A DNA stretch of 64,000 nucleotides from Candidatus Omnitrophota bacterium (GCA_041653595.1 JBAZFB010000005.1:32075-96074); one strand, 5' to 3'. Counted from the first letter of the stretch, positions 36,893 through 48,654 are shown. Notes: a model not told the origin generated them from the sequence alone. Numbers and translations are program-made.

Positions 36893-38037
36893 AGGTATTC
36901 ATCATCCATGCCCAGGCCGGGGCCGGGCACAAGAGCGCCGCCCTGGCGATAAAAGACGCCTTCGATAAGGCCAACACAGGCCACGATGTCAGGGTGGTAG
37001 ATTCCCTGGAATACGCGAACCGGCTGTTCAGGTTCACCTATGTCTGGGGATATAACTTCATGGTCTCGAAGGCGCCTTTCCTCTGGACATTCTCGTTCTA
37101 TTTTACCGATTTCAAGCCGCTGCGGCCGCTTATAAGGACTGTAAGGCGCATGATGAATTTCGTAAACGGGCATAAACTCTACTCCTTCATAAGGAAAGAG
37201 AAGCCGGATTGTATCGTCGCTACGCATTTCCTGGCGACGGACATAGTATCCAACCTTAAAATGTCGAAACTCTATGACGGCAAACTCATCACGTGCGTCA
37301 CGGATTACGGCGTGCATGATTTCTGGATATCGTCCCAGGTGGACATCTATGTCGCTGCGGCAGAATACACCAAGAACGAGCTTGTGAGCAAAGGCATACA
37401 AGCCGATAAGATAAGGGTGCTCGGCATCCCGGTCCAGGAGAAATTCACGAAGAAACTGGATCGAGGAGAGGCGGCGGCGAAACTCGGCCTGAAAGAGGGC
37501 CTATTTACCGTCCTTATTATCGGGGGCGGGCTTGGCGTCGGCCCGATACCGGAGATGGTCGAGACTATCGCCGGGACATCGGAGCCGTTCCAGCTCCTCG
37601 TAGTATGCGGCAGGAACGAGGGTCTTCTCAAGGAGATAGGGGATATCGCCAGGAGATCAAAAATATTTATCAAGCCTTACGGTTTTGTCGACAACGTGAA
37701 CGAATTGATGGACGCCTCCGACGTGATGATATCCAAACCCGGCGGGCTGAGCATATCCGAGGCAATGGTCAAGGGCGTGCCTGTCATTGTCAATGCCTAT
37801 ATACCGGGGCAGGAAGAGAGCAACCTTATGTTCCTGGAAAAGAACGGGGTGGGCGTGGGAGTCAAGACCATCGGTGAGACCCTCGACAAGCTTGAAGCCC
37901 TTTACAGGTCAAAAGATACCCTCGATACGATGAGGGCGAAGGCGAAACAGCTGGGCAAGCCGTCATCGGCGAGCGATATAGTCCTGCTTGTGCTGGAGAC
38001 CATCGAGAAGAAATGGTCAACACTCGTAAAGAACTGA
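36889..38037 (+). CDS. GT28 glycolipid synthase (MGDG-synthase / UgtP-YpfP-like diacylglycerol glycosyltransferase)
   Basis: MKVFIIHAQAGAGHKSAALAI N-terminus (MGDG_synth domain) and C-terminal PGGLSISEAMVKGVPVIV (Glyco_tran_28_C). ATGA overlap with gmhB. Confidence 0.7.
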   Translation: MKVFIIHAQAGAGHKSAALAIKDAFDKANTGHDVRVVDSLEYANRLFRFTYVWGYNFMVSKAPFLWTFSFYFTDFKPLRPLIRTVRRMMNFVNGHKLYSFIRKEKPDCIVATHFLATDIVSNLKMSKLYDGKLITCVTDYGVHDFWISSQVDIYVAAAEYTKNELVSKGIQADKIRVLGIPVQEKFTKKLDRGEAAAKLGLKEGLFTVLIIGGGLGVGPIPEMVETIAGTSEPFQLLVVCGRNEGLLKEIGDIARRSKIFIKPYGFVDNVNELMDASDVMISKPGGLSISEAMVKGVPVIVNAYIPGQEESNLMFLEKNGVGVGVKTIGETLDKLEALYRSKDTLDTMRAKAKQLGKPSSASDIVLLVLETIEKKWSTLVKN

Positions 38038-38046
38038 CCATCAGCG

Positions 38047-38766
38047 ATGACAAATAAGAAAGATCTTGCCGGCATCGCCAGCAACGCTCGTGAAGATCTT
38101 GCCGGCATCGCCCGGGACCTGAAGTCCTATATAAAATCCGAGAAGGCGGCCGGCATTGCCGATGTCATAACGCCTGCCCGGCGCAGGGATGCCGCATCCG
38201 GGTCGAAGAAAGCCGCATTGCTCGAGCCGGTAAAGAAAGAAGTATTTTCATGCCGGCGCTGCCTACTTTATAAGATCAAGAAGAATTACGTATTTTCAGA
38301 CGGGGACCCCGAAGCCCGGCTTGTATTCATAGGTGAGGCGCCGGGCGAAGACGAAGATATCCGGGGGGTACCGTTCGTCGGCCGCGCAGGGCAGCTCCTG
38401 ACGAAGATGATAGAGGCGATGGGCCTCAGGCGCCAAGACGTCTATATCTGCAACGTCATAAAATGCCGGCCTCCTAACAACAGGGCGCCCCTGCCGGAAG
38501 AAGTTACCGCATGCAAGGATTACCTCCTCAGGCAGGTCGGGATAATCTCGCCTAAGGTCATCTGCTGCCTCGGGAAACATGCCGCTGAGGCGCTACTGGG
38601 CACCGAGGTCTTCATAACAAAGATCAGGGGTAAAGAGTTCGAATTTAACGGCGTCACGCTTATCCCCACTTATCATCCCGCCTACCTTTTAAGGAATCCC
38701 TCCGCCAAGAAAGAAGTATGGCAGGACCTAAAGAAGATAATGAATATCCTTTCGGAGCAGGATTGA
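38047..38766 (+). CDS. Uracil-DNA glycosylase, family 4 (Fe-S type)
   Basis: CRRC...GEAPGEDEDIRGVPFVGRAG...CNVIKCRPPNNR...HPAYLLRNP are family-4 UDG motifs. The N-terminal extension has a short tandem repeat. Confidence 0.85.
   Translation: MTNKKDLAGIASNAREDLAGIARDLKSYIKSEKAAGIADVITPARRRDAASGSKKAALLEPVKKEVFSCRRCLLYKIKKNYVFSDGDPEARLVFIGEAPGEDEDIRGVPFVGRAGQLLTKMIEAMGLRRQDVYICNVIKCRPPNNRAPLPEEVTACKDYLLRQVGIISPKVICCLGKHAAEALLGTEVFITKIRGKEFEFNGVTLIPTYHPAYLLRNPSAKKEVWQDLKKIMNILSEQD
38058..38112 (+). repeat. Short imperfect tandem direct repeat (about 21 bp, 34-bp period) inside the 5' end of the UDG gene
   Basis: gaaagatcttgccggcatcgcc at 38058-38079 and gaagatcttgccggcatcgcc at 38092-38112. It encodes KDLAGIA...EDLAGIA. 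Confidence 0.6.
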
Positions 38767-40802
38767 CGAATCCGAAGGCAAAAGAGTTCGTTGAAGTAGC
38801 GGTCGGCCTTCCCGTCAGGAAACCGTTCCACTACAGGGTTCCCGCCTCCCTGAAAGAAAAAGTGGAGATCGGCAAGCGTGTTTGGGTACCTTTCGGCCCG
38901 AGGCGGATCGTCGGTTATGTCACCGATTTTGTCGATAAGCCCCGGTTCGAAGGTATAAAGGAGATCCTCTCGGTAATAGACGAGGAGGGCCCGGTGATCA
39001 GCGCCGAGCTGCTGGCGCTTACGAAGTGGATCGCCGGTTATTACCACTCGTCGTGGGGAGAGGCGATCGAGGCCGCGCTTCCCGGCACGCTGAAGAAAGG
39101 GAAGATAAAGACAAAGCCCCGCCATCCTTTGGTCGAAGAGGAATACGAACCCACCGGGAATTTCAAGCCCACGGACGAGCAGGACGCCGCTCTGAGATCC
39201 ATCAGGGAATCCATATCGAAAGGCAAAAACAACGTCTACCTGCTGCACGGCATCACAGGCAGCGGCAAGACCGAGGTCTATATGCAGTCGATCGAATCGG
39301 CGCTCAAATTGGGGAGGTCCGCAATAGTATTGGTGCCGGAGATCTCTCTTACGCCCCAGGCGGCCGAACGTTTCAAGTCGAGGTTCGGGAGTATCGTGGC
39401 GGTCCTGCACAGCAGGCTTCTCGGGAGCGAAAGGTTTTTAGAATGGAAAAAACTTAAGGAAGGGACCGCGAAGATCGCGGTGGGCGCGCGATCGGCCATA
39501 TTCGCGCCGGTCAAAAACCTCGGCCTGATAGTGATAGATGAAGAACACGAGACGTCCTATAAACAGGACGACGCGCCGAGATATAATGCCAGGGACGTCG
39601 CGATAGAACGCGCCAGGTCCGCGGGCGCCGCGGTCATCCTCGGCAGCGCCACCCCGTCCCTTGAAAGTTTCCAGAAGGCGGCGTCAGGCGAATACAAATT
39701 ACTGAAGATCACCGAGCGCATAGAGAAGAGGGCCCTGCCGAAGGTCGATATAATAGACATGCGCCAGGAGCTTATCGATTCCAGGGAGCCGAAGATATTC
39801 TCCCGCGCGCTTGAACACGCCATATCGCAGGTCCTGAGCAGGCACGGCCAGGTGATGCTCTTCATGAACAGGAGGGGGTTCTCGACCTTCATAAACTGCA
39901 AGAAGTGCGGCTATGTGGTGACCTGCAAATACTGCAACGTCTCGATGACATATCATTTCGACACAAAGAAGCTTAACTGCCATTACTGCAATTACCAGGT
40001 TGGTCCTCCTGAGAAATGTCCGAAATGCAAAGGAGGAGATATCAGGTATTTCGGCATCGGCACGCAAAAGATCGAGAGCGAGGCGGCCAGGCTTTTTCCT
40101 GCCGCGAGGATAGCCAGGATGGATACCGACGCGACGGTAAAGAGGGGCTCCCACCGCCAGATACTCTCGGAATTCAAGAAACATAAAATAGATATCCTTG
40201 TCGGGACTCAGATGATAGCCAAGGGCCACGACTTCCCGCGGGTGACGCTCGTCGGGGTCGTCTCGGCGGATACGGCTCTCAACCTGCCGGATTTCAGGGC
40301 CGGCGAGAGGACTTTCAACCTCCTGACGCAGGTCGCGGGCCGCGCGGGCAGAGGATCAGAACCCGGCAGGGTGATCGTCCAGACATTCTCTCCCAACCAT
40401 TACGCGATAGAAAAGAGCATCGAGCACGATTATGTCGGATTTTTCAACGAGGAGATAAAATTCCGCAAAGAGCTGAATTACCCTCCGTTCACGCATATCG
40501 TCGAGATAAAGCTGAGGGGAAGGAAGGAAGAGAGGGTGATAAAGGCCGCGCAGGACCTCGGGGCCGTCCTGAACCTTTTCATCGCCGGCGAAGTCCTTAG
40601 CGAAGCTAAGGGAAAGCCGGTGGAGATGGTAGGCCCGGCGCCGGAATTCATATCGAAGATAAAAGGGCAATTCAGGTGGAACCTGCTGCTTAAAGGGCAA
40701 GACCCTGCGGTGATCTGCGGATTTATAGACAAAGCCCTGGATAACCTGAAAGGGAAGTCGGGCCTGATCATTACGGTAGATGTCGACCCGATGGGATTGT
40801 GA
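38718..40802 (+). CDS. priA: Primosomal protein N' (replication restart helicase)
   Basis: Walker A GITGSGKT, DEEH box, and zinc-binding CKKCGY...CKYC...CHYC...CPKC. The start is uncertain and may be the TTG at 38763 overlapping the udg stop. Confidence 0.9.
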   Translation: MAGPKEDNEYPFGAGLTNPKAKEFVEVAVGLPVRKPFHYRVPASLKEKVEIGKRVWVPFGPRRIVGYVTDFVDKPRFEGIKEILSVIDEEGPVISAELLALTKWIAGYYHSSWGEAIEAALPGTLKKGKIKTKPRHPLVEEEYEPTGNFKPTDEQDAALRSIRESISKGKNNVYLLHGITGSGKTEVYMQSIESALKLGRSAIVLVPEISLTPQAAERFKSRFGSIVAVLHSRLLGSERFLEWKKLKEGTAKIAVGARSAIFAPVKNLGLIVIDEEHETSYKQDDAPRYNARDVAIERARSAGAAVILGSATPSLESFQKAASGEYKLLKITERIEKRALPKVDIIDMRQELIDSREPKIFSRALEHAISQVLSRHGQVMLFMNRRGFSTFINCKKCGYVVTCKYCNVSMTYHFDTKKLNCHYCNYQVGPPEKCPKCKGGDIRYFGIGTQKIESEAARLFPAARIARMDTDATVKRGSHRQILSEFKKHKIDILVGTQMIAKGHDFPRVTLVGVVSADTALNLPDFRAGERTFNLLTQVAGRAGRGSEPGRVIVQTFSPNHYAIEKSIEHDYVGFFNEEIKFRKELNYPPFTHIVEIKLRGRKEERVIKAAQDLGAVLNLFIAGEVLSEAKGKPVEMVGPAPEFISKIKGQFRWNLLLKGQDPAVICGFIDKALDNLKGKSGLIITVDVDPMGL

Positions 40803-40805
40803 TGT

Positions 40806-41411
40806 CTACTGGTCGAACGAGCCCTTGATGAGGGTCTTTATGGCGTCGAGCTCTTTTATGCCGTGTTCGGCGTCCATATCGCCTGGGTTGGCCTGCAGGG
40901 CCGCCTTATAGAAAGCGCGCGCCTTTTCATAATTCTCCATGCCCTTGTAAAGCCCCGCCAGTTTCTTGAGTGTTTTAGAATCGTTGTTATTTATCATCGG
41001 GACGCCTTCCAATATCTTTATGGCGTTTAAGGTTTGCCCCTCGCTCAGGAAGCAATCGGCTATGGCGTTCAGGATCGCGGCATTTCCCGGGTCGGCCTTC
41101 ATTGCCTTCTCGAACTGATAGATCGCCTCCCACGTCTTGCCCGCTTTTTGGAGCGAAAACCCGCCCATCATGGTGATAAACCCGAATATTTTTCCGGTGA
41201 CCAATTTAATTATATTCGGATGATGCCTTTGCTGCTCCCAAAGGGAGAGCCAGAGGTAGAAGCGCGCCTCCGCAAAATCCTGTTTTAAGGCGAGCGCGGA
41301 ACTGAAGAGTTCTATAGCGTAACCGAAATTTTCTCTTTTGACGGCCTCAAGGCCTTTTTGATAATAATCGCTTACCTGTTTCGGAAGATTGGCTAAATCC
41401 GATTCGTCCAT
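40806..41411 (-). CDS. TPR-repeat protein
   Basis: Repeated A-x-x-Y/F-x-x-A-L 34-residue periodicity (AIELFSSALALKQDFAEARFYL, YEKARAFYKAALQANPGD). Confidence 0.7.
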   Translation of the reverse strand: MDESDLANLPKQVSDYYQKGLEAVKRENFGYAIELFSSALALKQDFAEARFYLWLSLWEQQRHHPNIIKLVTGKIFGFITMMGGFSLQKAGKTWEAIYQFEKAMKADPGNAAILNAIADCFLSEGQTLNAIKILEGVPMINNNDSKTLKKLAGLYKGMENYEKARAFYKAALQANPGDMDAEHGIKELDAIKTLIKGSFDQ

Positions 41412-41508
41412 GCTCGTGCTCCTTTTACCTGATTATAGAGCATCGGGGCGGAGAGGTCAACTTTTTTTTGGATTTGGTTTTTTCGGGGGTTTATAGTAGA
41501 ATAGTGCC

Positions 41509-42003
41509 ATGTCCATCTTACAGGTACGCAAATATCCGGATCCTGTCCTCAAGAAGAAGGCCCGGCCGGTCAAAACCGTGACCGAGCGCGAGAGGAGCCT
41601 TATCGAGGATATGATCGAGACGATGAAGCTCTCCGAAGGGGTCGGCCTCGCGGCCACGCAGGTAGGGGTATCTAAAAGGATCATCGTCTTCAACCCGTCT
41701 TGCGACGAGTGGCGAGCAGATGCCCTCATAAACCCGGTCATAGTGAAAAAGCGCGGGAGCGAGAAGAAGGAGGAGGGCTGCCTGAGCCTGCCCGGGACAA
41801 ACGGTCTTGTCCGTCGCAGCACCTATATAGTGGTCGAAGGGCTTGATATAAAAGGAAAACCCGCCTGCTTTGAGGCGAGGGACCTCCTGGCCAGGATATT
41901 CCAGCACGAGATAGACCACCTCGATGGGATCCTCTTCATCGACAGGCTCAGCCCTGTCAAGCGCTTCATGGCGAAGCGCAAACTCAAAAAAGAGCTCAAA
42001 TGA
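41509..42003 (+). CDS. def: Peptide deformylase
   Basis: GVGLAATQVG, EGCLSLPG and HEIDHLDG motifs. Confidence 0.95.
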   Translation: MSILQVRKYPDPVLKKKARPVKTVTERERSLIEDMIETMKLSEGVGLAATQVGVSKRIIVFNPSCDEWRADALINPVIVKKRGSEKKEEGCLSLPGTNGLVRRSTYIVVEGLDIKGKPACFEARDLLARIFQHEIDHLDGILFIDRLSPVKRFMAKRKLKKELK

Positions 42004-42935
42004 CGATAGTCTTTTTCGGCACGTCCGGGTTCGCGGTCCCAAGCCTCGTTAAATTGAGCAAATTCCACGATATCGCCGCCGTAGTGACCAAACCGGATAA
42101 GCCGAGTGGCAGGAGCCTCAAGACGGCGCAGTCCCCGGTAAAGATAAAAGCGGATTCCCTGGGGATACCCGTCACCTCGATAGACGACATTTCTGCAGCC
42201 CAAGCCTTGGCCGAACTCAAAAAATATAAGGCCGACCTCTTCGTAGTGATCTCGTACGGGAAGATACTATCCGGCGATATACTCTCTTTGCCGAAACTTT
42301 ATCCGGTAGGCTTGCACGCGTCGCTGCTCCCGGAATACAGGGGCGCCTCGCCTATAAGCTCTGCGTTGTTGAACGGCGAAGTGAGGACAGGCGTCACGGT
42401 TTTTAAGTTGACAGGGAAGATGGATGCAGGCGAGATAATTATGCAAAAGGAAGCCGATATCCTCGATTTGGATAATGCCGAGACGCTCTCCGAAAAGCTC
42501 TCTAACCTCGGCGCCAACCTGCTTGTCAATGCCGTGGATTCGATAGCCGAGCGGAAAGCGCAATTCACAAAACAGGATGAATCCGAAGCTACATTTACCC
42601 CTAAACTGAAGAAAGAGGACGGAAGGATAGATTGGAACAAGCCGGCTCAAGAAGTCCGCGACAAGGTCAGGGCTTATTACGGCTGGCCCGGCGCGTTCTC
42701 CCGCCTTAACGGCCGGACAATAAAAATATGGGCCGCAGAGCCTGTAGGCCTCCCGGAGCAGAAGGGCCTTGCGCCCGGGCAGATAGCCGCGCTCGACGGC
42801 ACCGGTATGATCGTAGCGTGCGGCAGCGGCTTTCTCAGGATAAAGGAGCTCCAGGCCGAGGGCGGAAAGCGCATGAAGGCCAGGGATTACGTCCTCGGCA
42901 ACAAGGTTTCAGTCGGCGACAGCTTCGTTAATTGA
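42000..42935 (+). CDS. fmt: Methionyl-tRNA formyltransferase
   Basis: IVFFGTSGFAVPSL and a HASLLPEYRGASPI block. ATGA overlap with def. Confidence 0.95.
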   Translation: MTIVFFGTSGFAVPSLVKLSKFHDIAAVVTKPDKPSGRSLKTAQSPVKIKADSLGIPVTSIDDISAAQALAELKKYKADLFVVISYGKILSGDILSLPKLYPVGLHASLLPEYRGASPISSALLNGEVRTGVTVFKLTGKMDAGEIIMQKEADILDLDNAETLSEKLSNLGANLLVNAVDSIAERKAQFTKQDESEATFTPKLKKEDGRIDWNKPAQEVRDKVRAYYGWPGAFSRLNGRTIKIWAAEPVGLPEQKGLAPGQIAALDGTGMIVACGSGFLRIKELQAEGGKRMKARDYVLGNKVSVGDSFVN

Positions 42936-42936
42936 C

Positions 42937-42964
42937 TTGAATTCCCGCCCGCATATGATATAAT
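42937..42964 (+). promoter_or_regulatory. Candidate promoter with extended -10 (TTGAAT-N16-TGaTATAAT) upstream of the CBS-domain gene
   Basis: ttgaat at 42937-42942 and tgatataat at 42956-42964, spanning the fmt 3' end and intergenic region. The ATG at 42991 follows. Confidence 0.3.
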
Positions 42965-42990
42965 ATTTTCTTGTATTTCCCAAAATTTAT

Positions 42991-44310
42991 ATGATAAATA
43001 ATAAAGTTGCGCCCAGCGAATTAATACGACGTGATTTCCAACATCTCAAAGAGACCGAAGAGCTAAACACTACCGATGAGATAGCGGAGCTGCTTTTTAT
43101 CCAGTCGCTCGAAGGAAGGTCCCACAACGGCGCGGGAGCCTTCCAGAAGAGCTTCTACGTCAACACGACCATCGACGATATCGTCCGCGCGCTTAAGTTC
43201 GACCCGAACAAGGTCAAGACCAGGCGCCAGATGCTCATAGACGACATCGCCGGGTTCGTTGAGGATATTATCAAGGGGAAACCGAGGACGCGCCTCGTTA
43301 ACGGCAAAGGCGAACCGTTCATCGGCGTACCTGACCTCAAGGATATCGAAGTGAACGCCCAGGACGTCCTCAGGGGCATATATATCGGCGGCCTCAGGGA
43401 TGATCCTGGCCCGCGCGCGGCGGCAGAAGAAAAATTCGGGATAACGATCGGTTATGGCAAGTGTTATCCGATAAATCTCGATGTGATGGATAAGATGAAT
43501 CTCGACGGTGAATTGCTCGCCCACCGTGAACACGCCGGTTCGATAGAGGCGTTCAAAAGAGCGGGCCTTATCATCGCCGAAGCTGACCTCAAGAAGATCG
43601 CGCCTGACAAGATAAGATACCTTTATATAAGGCATAAGATCGGGCCGGGCCAGTCGGATGACGGGGCACTCGTTGCCGCGGGAATGGTATATAACAAGAG
43701 CACGGCGCTCGGGATATTCCTGGCCGATGCGATCGATACTCTGGAAAAATACGTCCACCTATATAAGGACCAGGACGACGAGTTGGGCTATTACATTTCG
43801 AAGAATTGGCCGGGCCTGAACGTCTCGATGGATGAAGTCCTCGAGATAACTTACATGGCCGCGGTTCCGGAAGAACTCGACGACATAATGCCGGACAGCT
43901 CTTTGAGGTATTTCCTTTCGATAGACAGGCAGATCGGGCAGTGCGCGCTCCAGAGCCACCTGAATTTCATAGATAAGAAGCCGTATTTCCCGATGTTCAT
44001 AAGCTTCAACAGGACTTTATCATCGGAATTTTATACATATATACGCAACAGGGTCAATTCGCTCAAGAACCTCCAGGCCGTCGTCACGTCCGATACGGTC
44101 ATGAAGGGGCTCGAGATGCCGGTAAACAGTTTCCTGAAGCGGCCCGCGATAGTCGTGAAATCGGGCGTACCGCTTAAGGACGCGCTGGAGAAGATGAAAG
44201 CTGCCGGCGCGGAGTTCCTGGTCATACAGGACGAGAACAACGCCGTGCAGGGCGTAATATCGCTGCATGACCTGATAAAGCTTATGATGGAAAACGGAAA
44301 GCGCGAATAG
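42991..44310 (+). CDS. Hypothetical protein with C-terminal CBS domain
   Basis: About 380-aa N-terminal region with no recognised motif. The C-terminal VVKSGVPLKDALEKMKAAGAEFLVIQDENNAVQGVISLHDLIKL is a CBS motif. Confidence 0.5.
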   Translation: MINNKVAPSELIRRDFQHLKETEELNTTDEIAELLFIQSLEGRSHNGAGAFQKSFYVNTTIDDIVRALKFDPNKVKTRRQMLIDDIAGFVEDIIKGKPRTRLVNGKGEPFIGVPDLKDIEVNAQDVLRGIYIGGLRDDPGPRAAAEEKFGITIGYGKCYPINLDVMDKMNLDGELLAHREHAGSIEAFKRAGLIIAEADLKKIAPDKIRYLYIRHKIGPGQSDDGALVAAGMVYNKSTALGIFLADAIDTLEKYVHLYKDQDDELGYYISKNWPGLNVSMDEVLEITYMAAVPEELDDIMPDSSLRYFLSIDRQIGQCALQSHLNFIDKKPYFPMFISFNRTLSSEFYTYIRNRVNSLKNLQAVVTSDTVMKGLEMPVNSFLKRPAIVVKSGVPLKDALEKMKAAGAEFLVIQDENNAVQGVISLHDLIKLMMENGKRE

Positions 44311-45342
44311 ATGCCTGAATTCAGAAAAGACCCTATAATCGGAAGGTGGGTGATAGTCGCGACCGAAAGGGCGCGCCGGCCCACCGATTTTGTGCCGCAT
44401 TCCGTATCCGAGGAGAAGATGGCCGAACCTCCCTGCCCGTTCTGCGAGGGGAAGGAAGACCAGACGCCTCAGCCGGAGATCTTTGCGATACGCAACCCCG
44501 GCACAAAACCGTGCACGCCTGGATGGAAGGTCAGGGTCGTGCCGTCGGTCTCGCCGGTCCTCAAGGTGGAAGGCAAGGTCGAAAGGCACGGGAAGGGCAT
44601 GTATGACGTGGTGAACGGCATCGGCGCCCACGAGATAATCGTCGAGACCCCCCAGCATATCTATAATATGGCTGACCTGCCCGAGCAGCAGATCACCGAT
44701 TCAATAACCGCTTACATAGAACGCATCACCGACCTCGGCAGGGATCCGCGATTGAAATACGCGCTCCTTTTCAAAAATTACGGCCTCGCGGCAGGCTCTG
44801 GAAGGATAAGGCACGCCCATTCGCAGCTGATAGCCATGCCCGTAAACCCGATACGCCTTAAGGATGAACTGGTCGGCGCGCGCCAGTACTTTGAATACAA
44901 GGAACGCTGTATATTCTGCGATGTCATAAAGCAGGAATTGGACACCGGAAAGCGGATCGTGGCCGACGTGGACGGTTTCGTGGCATTCGCGCCTTTCGCC
45001 TCTAGGTTCCCGTTCGAGACGTGGATCCTTCCGAAGAAACACAGCGCGGATTTCGCGCATCTTTCTGTCGACAAGAGGGCGGATTTGGCGAGGACGCTCA
45101 AGCTTGTGCTCACGAAATTGAAGAAAGCTCTCGTCGACCCGGCGTATAATATAATCCTCCATACCGCGCCGTTCCGCGTACCCAAGGCCGGATACTGGAG
45201 GACGATAGACGACGATTTCCACTGGCACCTCGAGATAATGCCGAGGCTTACAAGGGTCGCAGGTTTCGAGTGGGGCAGCGGGTTCTATATTAACCCGACC
45301 CCGCCTGAAGACGCGGCCAAATACCTAAGCGGGATAGAATGA
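44311..45342 (+). CDS. Galactose-1-phosphate uridylyltransferase (GalT, HIT-like) family nucleotidyltransferase/phosphorylase, paralog 1
   Basis: CPFCEGKE zinc motif and RIRHAHSQLIAMP (HxHxQ nucleotidyl-histidine motif). Confidence 0.8.
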   Translation: MPEFRKDPIIGRWVIVATERARRPTDFVPHSVSEEKMAEPPCPFCEGKEDQTPQPEIFAIRNPGTKPCTPGWKVRVVPSVSPVLKVEGKVERHGKGMYDVVNGIGAHEIIVETPQHIYNMADLPEQQITDSITAYIERITDLGRDPRLKYALLFKNYGLAAGSGRIRHAHSQLIAMPVNPIRLKDELVGARQYFEYKERCIFCDVIKQELDTGKRIVADVDGFVAFAPFASRFPFETWILPKKHSADFAHLSVDKRADLARTLKLVLTKLKKALVDPAYNIILHTAPFRVPKAGYWRTIDDDFHWHLEIMPRLTRVAGFEWGSGFYINPTPPEDAAKYLSGIE

Positions 45343-45345
45343 CAA

Positions 45346-47426
<2,081 letters not shown>

Positions 47427-47429
47427 AAT

Positions 47430-48653
47430 ATGAACAAGCTTACGATTAAAGACCTGGACCTTAAAGGAAAACGCGTATTGATGCGCGTCGACTTTAATGT
47501 CCCGCTAGATGATAAACTCAACATAACCGATGACACGAGGATAAGGGCGACTTTGCCGACGATAAAATACGCGCTCGACAAAGGAGCAAAGCTTATCCTG
47601 ATGAGCCATCTCGGCAGGCCGGACGGAAAGGTAATAGCTAAGTACAGCCTCGCCCCGTGCGCCGCGAAGCTTAGCCAATTGCTAGGCAAGCCGGTGAAGA
47701 TGGCGAAAGACTGCATCGGGCCCGAGGTCAAGGCGATGGAAGATGCCATGAAACCGGGCGAGTGCATCCTTCTCGAGAACTTGCGTTTCCACGCCGAGGA
47801 AGAAGCCAACGACGCAAATTTCGCGAAAGAGCTCGCGAGCCTCGGAGACGTATTCGTGAATGACGCTTTCGGGACCGCACACCGCGCGCACGCATCGACA
47901 GAGGGCGTGACGAAATATTTGAAGTCGGCTGCGGGTTTCCTTCTTGAAAAAGAGATAGAGTATCTCGAAGATAAGGTCATGCACCCGGCAAAGCCGTTTG
48001 TGACGATACTCGGCGGCGCCAAAGTATCGGACAAAATAGGCGTCATCGAGAACCTTCTGGACAAGGCCGACTCGATACTCATCGGCGGCGGGATGGCTTA
48101 TACTTTTTATGCGGCGCAGGGCAAATCGATAGGCGCCTCGAAGGTCGAGAAGGACAAGATAGATATCGCGAAATCGCTTCTCGAGAAAGCCAAACAGAAG
48201 AAAGTCAACATCGTTCTGCCTGTCGATAACATCATAGCCGACAAATTCGATGCCAACGCGAACACCAAGGTCGTCGGAGACCAGATACCCGACGGATGGA
48301 TGGGATTAGATGTCGGCCCGAAGACGGTCGAGGCGTTTAAGAATGTCTTGAAGAGCGCGAAGACGATCGTCTGGAACGGTCCGCTCGGCGTATTCGAGAT
48401 GGATAAATTCGCGAAGGGGACCGAGGAAGTCGCCAAGTATATCGCCTGCCTTTCGAGCGGAAGCAGCTCATGCTGTTCGTGCTGCGGCGGCGGCAAAGTG
48501 ATATCCATCATCGGCGGCGGCGACACTGCGGCCGCGATCGCGAAGTTCAAACTTGAAGACAAGATGACTCACATATCTACCGGCGGCGGCGCCTCGCTTG
48601 AGTATCTAGAAGGCAAAGTCCTGCCCGGCATAAAGGCGCTGACAGATAAATAA
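47430..48653 (+). CDS. pgk: Phosphoglycerate kinase (with Cys/Ser-rich insertion)
   Basis: [26 protein letters not shown] and STGGGASLE motifs. Confidence 0.95.
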   Translation: MNKLTIKDLDLKGKRVLMRVDFNVPLDDKLNITDDTRIRATLPTIKYALDKGAKLILMSHLGRPDGKVIAKYSLAPCAAKLSQLLGKPVKMAKDCIGPEVKAMEDAMKPGECILLENLRFHAEEEANDANFAKELASLGDVFVNDAFGTAHRAHASTEGVTKYLKSAAGFLLEKEIEYLEDKVMHPAKPFVTILGGAKVSDKIGVIENLLDKADSILIGGGMAYTFYAAQGKSIGASKVEKDKIDIAKSLLEKAKQKKVNIVLPVDNIIADKFDANANTKVVGDQIPDGWMGLDVGPKTVEAFKNVLKSAKTIVWNGPLGVFEMDKFAKGTEEVAKYIACLSSGSSSCCSCCGGGKVISIIGGGDTAAAIAKFKLEDKMTHISTGGGASLEYLEGKVLPGIKALTDK

Positions 48654-48654
48654 C

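Noticed and set aside
36601-37401. 266-aa minus-strand ORF antisense to gmhB and the GT28 gene
   Set aside because: A shadow ORF across two motif-supported + strand genes.
38682-39410. 242-aa minus-strand ORF antisense to priA
   Set aside because: It overlaps the helicase domain of priA (Walker A present on the + strand), so it is not credible as a gene.
41412-41508. 97-bp intergenic region between the TPR gene and def, examined for a tRNA or terminator hairpin
   Set aside because: No cloverleaf-compatible acceptor or anticodon stems, and no clean GC-rich inverted repeat followed by a T-run. A T8 run and a tatagtagaat -10-like element suggest it is simply a divergent promoter region.
44020-44658. 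212-aa minus-strand ORF overlapping the CBS protein 3' end and GalT paralog 1
   Set aside because: It is antisense to two + strand genes with strong motifs and is Arg-rich, typical of a shadow ORF.
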